DNA of 63,350 bases, the filler included, from Octopus bimaculoides (Eukaryota): assembly GCF_001194135.2 (NCBI RefSeq). It is 5 parts of 4 records of this genome, joined end to end, with 100 filler letters (N's around TTAATTAATTAA, not from the genome) between each part and the next. Parts side by side here need not be neighbours in the genome. Positions count along the whole stretch, not along the records: positions 35,381 to 50,854 come from NC_068982.1; 4 more parts are not named here. The stretch is one strand, 5' to 3'. The notes under the pieces are model-generated. The model had not been told where the DNA came from and did no database searches. It saw nothing but the letters and a program-made list of their open reading frames with translations. The translations under genes and the position numbers were made by a program. Below are positions 36,314 through 49,142 of this stretch, in pieces. Numbering within the stretch: position 1 is the first letter of the stretch; every line of letters begins with the position of its first letter.

Positions 36314-38124
36314 ACATAGTTAAAAATGACTTACATAAATACGAGGTAGATAGAGACACAATAATACCTATGCGCACGCACTTTGTCATCACGTTTCACT
36401 AAGTATGGTACTGGCACTATTCCTTTTTTTCCATGCGGAGTGACACAGAAATGGTAGCGTCGCTTTGAAACTAGTAACAAAGACAACTCGGCGAAAGAAT
36501 TGTGAATGGGAAAACAAAGACCAACGTTCACTAAAGGAAGATTTCAGTATTTTAATCTTTACGTTTGCAATATTTCCTGCCATCAATATATGAATGCTAG
36601 ATATAATTTTAAATACACACACGGTCGTGCAGGCACGCGCACGCTCTCATACACACACACATATCTATTCTTATATATTTGTGTACGTGTGCGTATATAT
36701 ATATATATATATATATACATNNNNNNNNNNNNNNNNNNNNNNNNNNNNNNNNNNNNNNNNNNNNNNNNNNNNNNNNNNNNNNNNNNNNNNNNNNNNNNNN
36801 NNNNNNNNNNNNNNNNNNNNNNNNNNNNNNNNNNNNNNNNNNNNNNNNNNNNNNNNNNNNNNNNNNNNNNNNNNNNNNNNNNNNNNNNNNNNNNNNNNNN
36901 NNNNNNNNNNNNNNNNNNNNNNNNNNNNNNNNNNNNNNNNNNNNNNNNNNNNNNNNNNNNNNNNNNNNNNNNNNNNNNNNNNNNNNNNNNNNNNNNNNNN
37001 NNNNNNNNNNNNNNNNNNNNNNNNNNNNNNNNNNNNNNNNNNNNNNNNNNNNNNNNNNNNNNNNNNNNNNNNNNNNNNNNNNNNNNNNNNNNNNNNNNNN
37101 NNNNNNNNNNNNNNNNNNNNNNNNNNNNNNNNNNNNNNNNNNNNNNNNNNNNNNNNNNNNNNNNNNNNNNNNNNNNNNNNNNNNNNNNNNNNNNNNNNNN
37201 NNNNNNNNNNNNNNNNNNNNNNNNNNNNNNNNNNNNNNNNNNNNNNNNNNNNNNNNNNNNNNNNNNNNNNNNNNNNNNNNNNNNNNNNNNNNNNNNNNNN
37301 NNNNNNNNNNNNNNNNNNNNNNNNNNNNNNNNNNNNNNNNNNNNNNNNNNNNNNNNNNNNNNNNNNNNNNNNNNNNNNNNNNNNNNNNNNNNNNNNNNNN
37401 NNNNNNNNNNNNNNNNNNNNNNNNNNNNNNNNNNNNNNNNNNNNNNNNNNNNNNNNNNNNNNNNNNNNNNNNNNNNNNNNNNNNNNNNNNNNNNNNNNNN
37501 NNNNNNNNNNNNNNNNNNNNNNNNNNNNNNNNNNNNNNNNNNNNNNNNNNNNNNNNNNNNNNNNNNNNNNNNNNNNNNNNNNNATATATATGTGATATTA
37601 AATTACTTCTTATTCAACATGGCAACTGCATTTGTCTTGCTTATTGGATGTGGCATTACTTAAGTTTTCAGTTATTCTCTTCATTTGTGTTTTATGTTTC
37701 ACAAAATCAATTCAGACTACTCGCTTTATCTTTTTAATTACGTACTTGGTCGTGTTGCGTCTAATATATATATTTTTTTGTTACAGTTCTCTACGTTTCG
37801 TTGTAAGAATTATTTCCTCTTCTTCCAACTCCTTCATCTTCTTCATGAAATGTTTGCTCTTTTTTTATTTTTTATTTTTCTACATTTACATCTTCAATTT
37901 TCTGCATGGATTACGTCATTTAGTACGAGATTAAACTTTTAGATAGTTCCGTTTGTCAAGCTTGGAGATTTCCCATGGGTGAGATTAAACGATTAAACAT
38001 TACTTAAAACAAATGCGTGTATGTATGTATATATGTATGTATCAATTAATCTGTGAGTGTGTGTTTATGCATTTTTGTATGTATGTTATTCTGTATGTTC
38101 TTATATACGTATTTGCATCGAAAC

Positions 38125-38167
<43 letters not shown>

Positions 38168-38235
38168 TATGAAGATGTATATGTTTCGATATGAATACAT
38201 ATATAAGTACAAACACAATTACGTATACATATGCA

Positions 38236-38279
<44 letters not shown>

Positions 38280-39964
38280 GATTTAAATACATATATATNN
38301 NNNNNNNNNNNNNNNNNNNNNNNNNNNNNNNNNNNNNNNNNNNNNNNNNNNNNNNNNNNNNNNNNNNNNNNNNNNNNNNNNNNNNNNNNNNNNNNNNNNN
38401 NNNNNNNNNNNNNNNNNNNNNNNNNNNNNNNNNNNNNNNNNNNNNNNNNNNNNNNNNNNNNNNNNNNNNNNNNNNNNNNNNNNNNNNNNNNNNNNNNNNN
38501 NNNNNNNNNNNNNNNNNNNNNNNNNNNNNNNNNNNNNNNNNNNNNNNNNNNNNNNNNNNNNNNNNNNNNNNNNNNNNNNNNNNNNNNNNNNNNNNNNNNN
38601 NNNNNNNNNNNNNNNNNNNNNNNNNNNNNNNNNNNNNNNNNNNNNNNNNNNNNNNNNNNNNNNNNNNNNNNNNNNNNNNNNNNNNNNNNNNNNNNNNNNN
38701 NNNNNNNNNNNNNNNNNNNNNNNNNNNNNNNNNNNNNNNNNNNNNTATATATATACATATATATATGTAAGAATGTTTTTATGCATGTAATTATGCCAGA
38801 GTTTGTGCGTGAATAGTTGTAATTGTGAGTGTGTGTGTCTGTGTGTGTATCCGTGTGTGTGCATGTGTGCTTGTGCGTAGCACAATGTTTACAGGGTAAT
38901 TCAATGCTGCGACTTCCCCGGAGGGAATTTTACGAGCTGTCATTCTGCAGGCCGTCAGAAAATGAGCTTATGTTCTTTACTTAACTACACATTTTTTTTT
39001 ATTTGTTTCTGAAGTCCATAACTGTAATATATATATAAATAGATAAAGAAGAGAACAATATGTGAAATACAAAGCGAAGCGAAACAAAACCAGCAAATTC
39101 AAACCCCCAACTCCAACCATTACCAGCAGCAACACCGGCACCTGTGCCACCACCAACTACAAAATGTCATGAACGATGCAGAAGATTGAAGGAAAATGAA
39201 AGAAAAAATATCAAACTGAAAGGAAAAGAGACATTTTCCAGCAATTACTCCGACTAGTTATCTTTCTGCTCAAGTACATTCACTTCAAACTGGAATCAGG
39301 AAAGTAGACCATGCTGACTATTTCTTTTTAAGCTGACATTCTTTGCAGTTCGAGGCAATCAATTTTCTGCGTACGTCATACTTCTTAAAGGAAAAGAAAA
39401 AAATTCTTCTACCATAATAATTGTTTCTTGTTTGCTTAAAAAAAGACGGAACCATAAACAAACACAATACAGAAATAAAAAAAGAAAAAACTGCTCACAA
39501 CTAAAGTATTGACAAATTATGCATCTCCTGCTTAATTAAAACAATACCAGGCCATTTTGTGAAAGACGTAGATTAAGCGTAAGATGGTGGGAAACAGTCT
39601 GAGCATTCAGAATCGTAATGAAACGGGAATATTTCTTGGTTATGTGTTCTGCATGTGGAACATATAGTTAAGGAGTTAAGAGAAGCTTTGTTACGTAATC
39701 AAGTGAACCAAACATATTTTAGATTAATTGAAATATAATTAGCTTGACACGAACCAGTAGGGTTGTTATGTTTATTATCAAGAAGTAATATTTAAGGGTA
39801 AACGGGCAGGCGAGTCGTGTATTATTTCGACATATTTCTTGGTTTTGAATATTGATTGATCTCATGATCCACCACCATAGCGTAAGGTAGATTGTTTCAT
39901 TCAAGTCCATGTATAGCAAGATCATTTTTCATTATGTCACTTATATTATTTATATAATTCATGT

Positions 39965-40160
39965 AGTAAGGGTGCATGGCCTAGTGTTTCTGGTGTTGCA
40001 TTCAAGATCGCTAGATCGTGGTTTCAATTCTTGGACCGGGTGAATGCGTTGTGTTTTGAGCAAGACACTTCCTCTCACGTTACTCTGCAATCACTTCGAA
40101 ATCTGATGTGTGGTGCACCATACAGGTTACGACAACCTGATGGAAACAGTTGGGTAATGT
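39965..40160 (+). mobile_element. SINE family D (tRNA head + V-SINE-like segment), partial
   Basis: catggcctagtg...gtggtttcaattcttggaccggg...ttgagcaagacacttcctctcacgttactctgc. Confidence 0.5.
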
Positions 40161-41340
40161 ACAGCACAACTTTGTATTTCTATAAACAAGTTAATTGTAC
40201 CGGTTCTTCGTCAGAATTACTGAACCGCTCTTCTCGGACTACAAGAAACTGCCATCATTATAATAATTCATGTCATTCGTCCAATTTCTAGATCATACCT
40301 TGGGAAACTTTCTTACGAGAGGAGTCTACACTGACTCTAAATGACTTCTTATGAGTCCACATTACTAAATCAAATTGAATAACCAGTTGAAACTATTATC
40401 ATATAAGATATACTTATTGATAAAATCTTTAAGAAATGTTTACAAAATATGGAATTTCAAAATATAATAGGGCCCACTTCAGTCATGCCTGACTTCGGGT
40501 TCTGGAACTGGAAAATTCCTCTCCTAGTCACAAGTAGATTAAAAGCGTTTTATGGAAGAATGTCCACGCATTCAATGCTGCCTTCTAAACGTCTCAGACA
40601 TTTTCGAAAAAGAAGGCCAGATCGATGCAAAATGGTACTTGTGTCTCTGCACGCGTCACCGTAAGAACACAAAGAGACTGGAAAGATTTGTCTGATAAAT
40701 AACAGTCTTGTAATCCATCACTCGGGCCAACGGATTGAGATTTTTATGGACCACCACAAAAGTGAAAGCTAAAAGCGACGCGATGAGATTTGAGCTCGCA
40801 GCGCAGTGTTCGCCTGTTCTCTGATGCTTCTTCGTGTCTCCAAATCTTTTGTCAGTTCGGCGTAAACGCGCGCGCGCGCACACACAGACACAAACACGCA
40901 AGCATGCGCACTAACTTTTTATTTAACTTTACGAATTTGAAAACCCAATTGAAATTAATTTAAATAAATAATTACAAATGCTAATGAAGAAATATAAATA
41001 GGTGCTTCTGAAATTCGCAATTAGTTGAAAAGATAGGCTTCAAATTAAATTAAAACCACAAAAATACGTTTCACTGAAAATACATGTTTCTCCTCAAACA
41101 CTACACTGGCTGAAGAAGATTCCAGCTACCCTGGCTACATTCTAGATTTTTCTTCTCTTCTATATATATCTTCCCCAAACCTCTGGCAGCATCTTAATAG
41201 ATGTTTAAGTAGGTTTAATGCGATAGAAAATTGGAATAATAACTTGTAATTACAGTTCTATATTTAAGAAATGGGGAATTATGTACATTATTTACATTAT
41301 TTACATTTGACGGATATTTGTCCTAATCTTCTTGGAGGTT

Positions 41341-41387
41341 AACACAACGTTTCGGCTGATATACCCTCCAGCTTTCATTAGGTGTCT
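41341..41387 (-). ncRNA. Minimal type I hammerhead motif, core mutated (CUAAUGA)
   Basis: acac-CUAAUGA-a-agcug..cagcc-GAA-ACGU-U-gugu. Confidence 0.65.
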
Positions 41388-41478
41388 TGGGAAAATTTCG
41401 AACCTGGGCATATGGCGTAGTAGTTAAGAGCGCGGGCTACTAACCCCAAGATTCCGAGTTCGATTCCAGGCAGTGACA

Positions 41479-41555
<77 letters not shown>

Positions 41556-42456
41556 NNNNNNNNNNNNNNNNNNNNNNNNNNNNNNNNNNNNNNNNNNNNN
41601 NNNNNNNNNNNNNNNNNNNNNNNNNNNNNNNNNNNNNNNNNNNNNNNNNNNNNNNNNNNNNNNNNNNNNNNNNNNNNNNNNNNNNNNNNNNNNNNNNNNN
41701 NNNNNNNNNNNNNNNNNNNNNNNNNNNNNNNNNNNNNNNNNNNNNNNNNNNNNNNNNNNNNNNNNNNNNNNNNNNNNNNNNNNNNNNNNNNNNNNNNNNN
41801 NNNNNNNNNNNNNNNNNNNNNNNNNNNNNNNNNNNNNNNNNNNNNNNNNNNNNNNNNNNNNNNNNNNNNNNNNNNNNNNNNNNNNNNNNNNNNNNNNNNN
41901 NNNNNNNNNNNNNNNNNNNNNNNNNNNNNNNNNNNNNNNNNNNNNNNNNNNNNNNNNNNNNNNNNNNNNNNNNNNNNNNNNNNNNNNNNNNNNNNNNNNN
42001 NNNNNNNNNNNNNNNNNNNNNNNNNNNNNNNNNNNNNNNNNNNNNNNNNNNNNNNNNNNNNNNNNNNNNNNNNNNNNNNNNNNNNNNNNNNNNNNNNNNN
42101 NNNNNNNNNNNNNNNNNNNNNNNNNNNNNNNNNNNNNNNNNNNNNNNNNNNNNNNNNNNNNNNNNNNNNNNNNNNNNNNNNNNNNNNNNNNNNNNNNNNN
42201 NNNNNNNNNNNNNNNNNNNNNNNNNNNNNNNNNNNNNNNNNNNNNNNNNNNNNNNNNNNNNNNNNNNNNNNNNNNNNNNNNNNNNNNNNNNNNNNNNNNN
42301 NNNNNNNNNNNNNNNNNNNNNNNNNNNNNNNNNNNNNNNNNNNNNNNNNNNNNNNNNNNNNNNNNNNNNNNNNNNNNNNNNNNNNNNNNNNNNNNNNNNN
42401 NNNNNNNNNNNNNNNNNNNNNNNNNNNNNNNNNNNNNNNNNNNNNNNNNNNNNNNN

Positions 42457-42508
<52 letters not shown>

Positions 42509-42510
42509 GA

Positions 42511-42566
<56 letters not shown>

Positions 42567-42627
42567 ATAATAATAATAATAATAACAACACCTTAGTAGT
42601 GAGAACCCAGGTTCGAAATTTCCCCAA

Positions 42628-42672
42628 GACACCTGATGAAGGCTGGAGGGTGTATCAGCCGAAACGTTGTGG
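42628..42672 (+). ncRNA. Minimal type I hammerhead ribozyme motif (PLE type)
   Basis: gacac-CUGAUGA-a-GGCUG[gagggtgtat]CAGCC-GAA-ACGU(palindromic stem III)-U-gug. Confidence 0.8.
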
Positions 42673-43534
42673 TAATAACAAACAAGATGAGGACAAATAT
42701 CTGTCAAATGTAAATAATGCAAAGAATGAACTTGCAATTAGAAACATCCTTTATATTTTTCAACCACAATTCTGTCCTACCGATTACTCAACATAATGCC
42801 TCCCGTTTTAGTTTTGAGTAATACAACTTGTTTCTGTCATTCTATTTTATACAACACTATTTTATACCAAGAAAATATAACCAGTTCCTCGTAATATTCT
42901 TTATATTCATTTACTTATCTCTAGGAACTTATGCTCAATTGAGTAGATTAAAAAGTGAACATTTTATATTTGTGTCTTTACTTAGGTCACTAAAGTACGT
43001 AGAATGGAATAGCCTCGACTGAGTTAGGAGGTCATATGGCGCTACTTTCGTGTACGGAGTCTACCACGTGTTCATCAGTTGCCATGATCGATAATTTTAT
43101 TGAGAATTGACGTAATCGTGTTCTGCCGTTTATCTTTAGAAGTAGATCAATGGCTCCCTATTTAAATAGATCAATATATTCAAATGAATAAATCTAAGTA
43201 TGTTATTGATATTTTTTTCATCATATGTAGAGAGAGATGAAACGAAGATTATTCCTTCTCCTTTCAATGTGAAGATCATAACGGAGCTTTAACATTCGAA
43301 GTTTGTGGAACGTATCAGAAATGTGGCTTATAGGAAATAATTATAACAGAAATACAACCCATGGACGCGGACCCCAGATCCCTTCAGCTTATCATGTAAT
43401 TTACTGTTATTGCCGTTTAGTTTAAGATAAGCTCTAATAAAGCTGTTCTATGGTTGAATGGATTCCGAACGGAAACATGCTGTACGTATCATGTAGTCCA
43501 CATTGATAGATCTGACAAAATCTCTGCAAGACAA

Positions 43535-43917
43535 TGGCAGTCCGTCCGTTACGACGACGCGAGTTCCAATTGATCCGATCAACGGAACAGCCTGCTCGTG
43601 AAATTAACGTGTAAATGGCTTATCATTCCACAGACACGTGCACCCTTAACGTAATTCTCGGGGATATTCAGCGTGACACAGAGTATGGCAAGGCTGGCCC
43701 CCTTTGAAAATACAGGTACAACAGAAACAGGAAGAACGAGTAAGAGAAAGTTGTGGTGATAGAGTACAGCAGGGTTCACCACCACTCCTTGCCGGAGCCA
43801 CGTGGATCTTTAGGTGTTTTCGCTCAATAAACACTCACAACGCCTGGTCTGGGAATCGAAACTGCGATCCTATGATCGCGAATCTGCTGCTCTAACAACT
43901 GGGCTACTGCACCTCCA
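43535..43917 (-). mobile_element. SINE family B
   Basis: Reverse complement of the head ggaggtgcagtagcccagtt... through the tail ...ggatcaattggaactcgcgtcgtcgtaacggacggactgcc. Confidence 0.85.
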
Positions 43918-44121
43918 CTGTAAGACAGTAGGTTCTTATATTTGAGGGTAAATTGTGTGCTATTTCCGGTAGGTGGAGTGACTATATGCAGCCATTCTCA
44001 TCCGCTTATCTACTGCATCGTAAAAATACAATGTTCATTGCAACACCTTTATATGAACAAGTGTTCATGGTGCTAAATAACATTATCACTTAAAAGAAGA
44101 ACTAACTCATTAAAGCTGGGA

Positions 44122-44157
<36 letters not shown>

Positions 44158-44282
44158 GCGTGCGCGTGTGCGTGTGTGTGTACTTGTATGTGTATTCGTC
44201 TTTGCGTGTATTCCTGCGCGCGGAAGTGTTTTTGCATGTCTCCGTCTCTGTGGCTGGTTTTACGTTAATCTGTTCAAAAGGA

Positions 44283-44472
44283 AGCGTTTGTGTTTATCAC
44301 CCCGCCATGCTTGAGAACCGATGTTGGTGTGTTTACTTTCCCGTAACGTAGCGGTCCAGCATAAGAAACCGACGGAATATGTACTAGGCTTACAAAGAAT
44401 AAGTCCTGGGTTCGGGTGCTACAACATGGCCGCAGTCAAATGATTGAAACAATCAATGCAATAAAAGAATAA
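44283..44472 (+). mobile_element. SINE family A, 3' part
   Basis: gcttgagaaccgatgttggtgtgtttactttcccgtaac...ggcttacaaagaataagtcctggg...catggccgcagtcaaatgattgaaac. Confidence 0.75.
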
Positions 44473-44506
44473 ATGAATATATATATATAGTGAGAGAGAG
44501 AGAGAG

Positions 44507-44561
<55 letters not shown>

Positions 44562-45204
44562 CAAATAGATAGATATACATAAATACACACGTATTACATT
44601 ATTAAGTTTAGTAGATTAGATGTAAAATTCTGTTGAAATAAATGATTTCTAAAGCGAGAAATTAACCTTGTTCCCATCTCTCCATACCTAATAAGTAATA
44701 CGAACATGTTTTGTTATAAAGCAGAAAAGCAGAAAATTCATTGGTATATTTTATGAGGCATTTAAATGATTAATGGTTCTTAAATACATTTGCATCTCAT
44801 TGAATGAAAGTAATAGTCTTTTAAAGATAAAACACAAACAAACAACAAAACAATTAGATTCTTGATCTGTGAAAAACGAATGCGGCAAACACGTGATGTG
44901 ATTGTTCCAGTGATCCAGTTAAGCTGCTATGAAAAAGAGCGTACACACGACACATTTAAGAGTAGAATGTAAATCGTGATAATAGGTTAAGAAGGGTTAA
45001 TAGCTCCATTCTTTCAAAGACATTGGTCAGCAAAGAAGCGTTGAATTGATTTCCACTATCTGCAGTTTATTGTAGATGATCAACTTTTAAAAGATCTAGG
45101 TCGTGGTTGGGAACGTTAATTAGTTTACTTTGAATTAGAGATCACTTGTACAAGACTGATGACATACAAAAGTTCAGTTTGTATAGGTACATATGTATGC
45201 CTGT

Positions 45205-45535
45205 ATGTGTAGGAGTGGCTGTGTAGTAAGTAGCTTGCTTACCAACCGCATGGTTCCGGGTTCATTGCCACTGCGTGGCACCCTGGGCAAGTGTCTTCTA
45301 CTATAGCCTCGAGCCGACCAAAGCCCTGTGAGTGGATTTGATAGACGGAAACTGAGAGAAGCCCGTCGTATATATGTGTATATGTTTGTGTGTTTGTGTT
45401 TGTCTCCCCACTATCGCTTGACAACCGATGCTGGTTTGTTTACTTCCCCGTAACTTAGCGGTTCGGCAAAAAAGAGACCAATAGTACTAGGCTTACAAAG
45501 AATAAATCCTGGGGTCGACCTGCTCGACTAAATAA
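45205..45535 (+). mobile_element. SINE family A (3' end in gap)
   Basis: ggagtggctgtgtagtaagtagcttgcttaccaaccgcatggttccgggttca...ggcaccctgggcaagtgtcttc...ggggtcgacctgctcgactaa. Confidence 0.88.
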
Positions 45536-46877
45536 NNNNNNNNNNNNNNNNNNNNNNNNNNNNNNNNNNNNNNNNNNNNNNNNNNNNNNNNNNNNNNNNN
45601 NNNNNNNNNNNNNNNNNNNNNNNNNNNNNNNNNNNNNNNNNNNNNNNNNNNNNNNNNNNNNNNNNNNNNNNNNNNNNNNNNNNNNNNNNNNNNNNNNNNN
45701 NNNNNNNNNNNNNNNNNNNNNNNNNNNNNNNGAGGGCGTGCACATGGAACGTTTTAGCTTTATGCTTGGTAAAAAGAGAGTATTTTTAACCATTTGAGTC
45801 ACGCTCTTCGTTAGAAAGGAAAACGGAAAAGTTCAGAGAGGAAAAAAAAAATCACCAACTGCACGTGTGTGGATACGTATATGATATGTGTATGTGTGCA
45901 TGTGAGCGTCTGTGAGAATGTGTGTGTGTGTGTGCGTGTGTGAAATCCATTCTTCGGCGCTGTTCTGAATACCTTGTGCACCTACTGGTGAAAACTGAGA
46001 TTAGCACCAGACTAGCCCGACCAAAATAAAAAATATTATAAATCGTTACTATGGTAATAAGTCTTCTTTCTTTCGACAGCCAACACTAAGCACACACACA
46101 AACGCACAAATACAAACACACACGCACGCACACACAAACACACACACAAACACACACGCAAATACGCACGCACGCGCGCGCGCAGGCACACAAACATATA
46201 TATACAACCACACACACACGTATACACGCACACACGTATACACACATATGTATGACGAGAAGAGCGGAGAAACTGCAATGAAACCAAAACAGTGACAGAA
46301 AACAGAACTGGTTGGTGTGATCGTGCTGTGGCCTGATGTGCCGCTTGGCACGAGGAGAACTAACTGTGTCACTAATTAAAATATTTTCAATATTTCCTAT
46401 GCGAGGAGTATGAGTTGGGCTACATCTGTTTGAGTCACTCTACATTCTTATTTAAAAAGAGAATTGTGTTAATGAAAGTAGCTTTCTCTTCGACGATAAT
46501 CACTTCAGTATTGTATGAATGATTAAGGAGCTTCGCATTTGTATTCCTGAAAGTGCAGTTAACTTCTTGTAATTTGAATAGTTTATTTGGTCTTAATTAT
46601 CTTATAATATTGGTGCAGCTGTAACTGAGATTCAAGTTACTTCTATTGAATTTATGTCTTTATAGACAATTTATGAGGGCATGTCTATTTAGGAACATTG
46701 TAGCAACATTAGACATAACGTTTAAGAAATGCGTGAATCTGATAATTTTAAGGCATAAATTATTATAATTGCATGACATAGTTTATTGGTATATATCTTG
46801 TCTTATTAGTAACTAGCTCCTACATTATTTACATTATTTACATTTGACGGATATTTGTCCTCATCTTGTTTGTTGTT

Positions 46878-46923
46878 AACACAACGTTTCGGCTGATATA
46901 CCCTCCAGCCTTCATTAGGTGTC
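46878..46923 (-). ncRNA. Hammerhead motif, core mutated (CUAAUGA)
   Basis: Same layout as 42628-42672 with G5>A. Confidence 0.65.
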
Positions 46924-47130
46924 TTGGGGGNNNNNNNNNNNNNNNNNNNNNNNNNNNNNNNNNNNNNNNNNNNNNNNNNNNNNNNNNNNNNNNNNNNNNN
47001 NNNNNNNNNNNNNNNNNNNNNNNNNNNNNNNNNNNNNNNNNNNNNNNNNNNNNNNNNNNNNNNNNNNNNNNNNNNNNNNNNNNNNNNNNNNNNNNNNNNN
47101 NNNNNNNNNNNNNNNNNNNNNNNNNNNNNN

Positions 47131-47192
<62 letters not shown>

Positions 47193-47295
47193 TCACTGCC
47201 TGGAATCGAACTCGGTGACCTGAATAATAATAATAGTAATAATAACATCCAAAAATACATTAGGAATGAGAACCCAGGTTCGAAATTCCCTCAAG

Positions 47296-47340
47296 CCACC
47301 TGATGAAGACTGGAGGGTATATCAACCGAAACGTTGTGTT
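47296..47340 (+). ncRNA. Hammerhead motif, core intact, stem II with two mismatches
   Basis: cac-CUGAUGA-a-GACUG..CAACC-GAA-ACGU-U-gugu. Confidence 0.65.
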
Positions 47341-47659
47341 AATAAACAAGATGAGGACAAATATCCGTCAAATGTAAATAATGTACATAATTGCTCATCT
47401 CTTAATATAGAACTGTGACTAGCTCATTCATAGTCTATTATAGTACGATGTATCATTTTCAAATATTTGTTATTCGATGACAGAGTAGATATTCTTTCAC
47501 AGGTATCCTTAGTCAGGTATTTGAAATTAAAGGTGTTTGGCAAAATTTTATGTGTGTGTGTGTGTGTTTATCCGTAGTTTGGTCGCTAGGTTTCTAATGG
47601 TATTTGGTTGAACTAAAACAAATACTTTAGAAAATTGTCTAATTTATTCTTATTAGTAA

Positions 47660-47830
47660 GGTGACGAGCTGGGAGAATCGTTACCATGCCGAGTGAAATG
47701 GTTAGTGGTATTTCACCCATCCTGATTTTCTGAGTTCAAATTTCGCCGAGATCAATTTTGCTTTTCGTCCATTCAGGGTCGATAATATGTGCCAGGTGGG
47801 CTTTGGATTCGATGTAATCGATTTAATTAC
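47660..47830 (+). mobile_element. SINE family C (degenerate)
   Basis: ggtgacgagctgggagaatcgtta...ttctgagttcaaatttcgccgagatcaattttgcttttcgtccattcagggtcgataa. Confidence 0.65.
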
Positions 47831-48495
47831 TCCTGTGTATGACTGAGTATAACAACTGCACCACTCTGCGAAGCCATATGGTGCCAGTGTGGCAGAGTAG
47901 GCTCATCAAATCATTATGAATTCAAGCTCAAGTTTATAGCCTCCACATCATATATATATATATATATACTCTTGTCTCTGTATTTGTAGGAAAGATTGCA
48001 TTTATGCTTCAATGTAAATATGTATATAATCAAATGAATAATAACAGACGATGGATAATTGTCAGCTCATTACAGCTTTGTATGCTAGTAAATGTATATG
48101 TATATGTATGTACGAACGCGCAAGCATATATTCATGTATGCACAGATGCATCGACAGAGAGACGGAGATATGGAACCAAGCATGGGTGCAAGCGTGTATA
48201 TAAATATATACACTTATATAAATATATATAACCATTCCTATATAATTATGTATATCCATATATAAATAAGTATATATGAATGGTTGAATCATACATTTAG
48301 AAAGGAGTGTATGAATAAATACTTGGGCTTATTTTCGAATTACGATAGAACGCAAATCGACAAATAATCGTATAATATTATATAAAACTTGTACATAAAA
48401 CGTGGTTCAGTTCTATATTTAAGAGATGAGGAATTATTTACATTATTTACATTATTTACATTTGACGGATATTTGTCCTCATCTTGTTTGTTGTT

Positions 48496-48542
48496 AACAC
48501 AACGTTTCGGCTGATATACCCTCCAGCCTTCGTCAAGTGTCT
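48496..48542 (-). ncRNA. Hammerhead motif, core mutated (UUGACGA)
   Basis: Same layout with C3>U; shares the GAC variant with the plus-strand copy at 49102. Confidence 0.65.
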
Positions 48543-48548
48543 TGGGGA

Positions 48549-48946
48549 AAGAGAGGAATTGCTCAGTGCCTAAAACACCGAGCAAAGAATATAAGTAGCG
48601 ATCGTGATACCCACCACGAGGAAATGATCAAGCTCAGTAACAATCTATTAAGAAACAACTACCCCAAGAACATACTATCTACTCCAATTATGAAGAAAAG
48701 AGAGGATGAAACCAATAAACTGTCTACAGTCTGTCTACCCTATGTGAAAGGCCTCTCCGAAAAGATACAAAAGACATGCGGCCCATATGACATCNNNNNN
48801 NNNNNNNNNNNNNNNNNNNNNNNNNNNNNNNNNNNNNNNNNNNNNNNNNNNNNNNNNNNNNNCTTCGGCTAAAACCACCAACAGAAGAGAATATGACCAA
48901 AATCTGCGTGTACTCCATCCCATGCAGCTGTGGTAGGTTATACGGG
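48549..48946 (+). pseudogene. Penelope-like ORF fragment (RT thumb/linker to start of GIY-YIG endonuclease)
   Basis: KRGIAQCLKHRAKNISS...RNNYPKNIL...LPYVKGLSEKIQK...(gap)...KICVYSIPCSCGRLYG. Confidence 0.85.
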
Positions 48947-49019
48947 CATATGACGTAGTGGTTAAGAGCGCGGGCTACTAACCCCAAGGTTCCGAGTTCG
49001 ATTCACGGCAGCGACCTGA
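48944..49019 (+). mobile_element. tRNA-derived Pol III head of the HHR-SINE (also at 41406-41481)
   Basis: GGGCATA (positions 1-7), A box TGRCGTAGTGG, anticodon-like ggct-act-aacc arm and B box GAGTTCGATTC. Confidence 0.75.
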
Positions 49020-49096
49020 TTAATAATAGTAATAATAATAATAATAATAATAGTGACATCGTTAGGAATGAGAACCCAGGTTCGAAATTTCCCCAA

Positions 49097-49142
49097 GACA
49101 CCTGACGAAGGCTGGAGAGTATATCAGCCGAAACGTTGTGTT
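49097..49142 (+). ncRNA. Minimal type I hammerhead ribozyme motif, apparently intact
   Basis: gacac-CUGACGA-a-GGCUG[gagagtatat]CAGCC-GAA-ACGU-U-guguu; stem I is gacac/guguu. Confidence 0.85.

Larger units (their letters stand above)
41253..42727. mobile_element. Locus A: tail-out inverted PLE/HHR-SINE insertion (internal gap)
   Basis: Minus-strand HHR tail 41253-41408, tRNA head 41406-41481, (AAT)n, N gap, then plus-strand tail 42600-42720. TSD-like aacttgYaatta at 41241-41252 and 42728-42739. Confidence 0.78.
46820..47414. mobile_element. Locus B: foldback tail-out HHR-SINE insertion
   Basis: Minus-strand tail, gap, (TTA)n and minus half-head (47188-47215), then plus gtgacctga-(AAT)n-tail to 47414. 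TSD gtRactagctc at 46809-46819 and 47415-47425. Confidence 0.8.

Noticed and set aside
41406-41481. Functional tRNA gene
   Set aside because: The 3' acceptor strand does not pair with GGGCATA, the ACT anticodon is atypical and the sequence runs into (AAT)n; treated as a SINE head.
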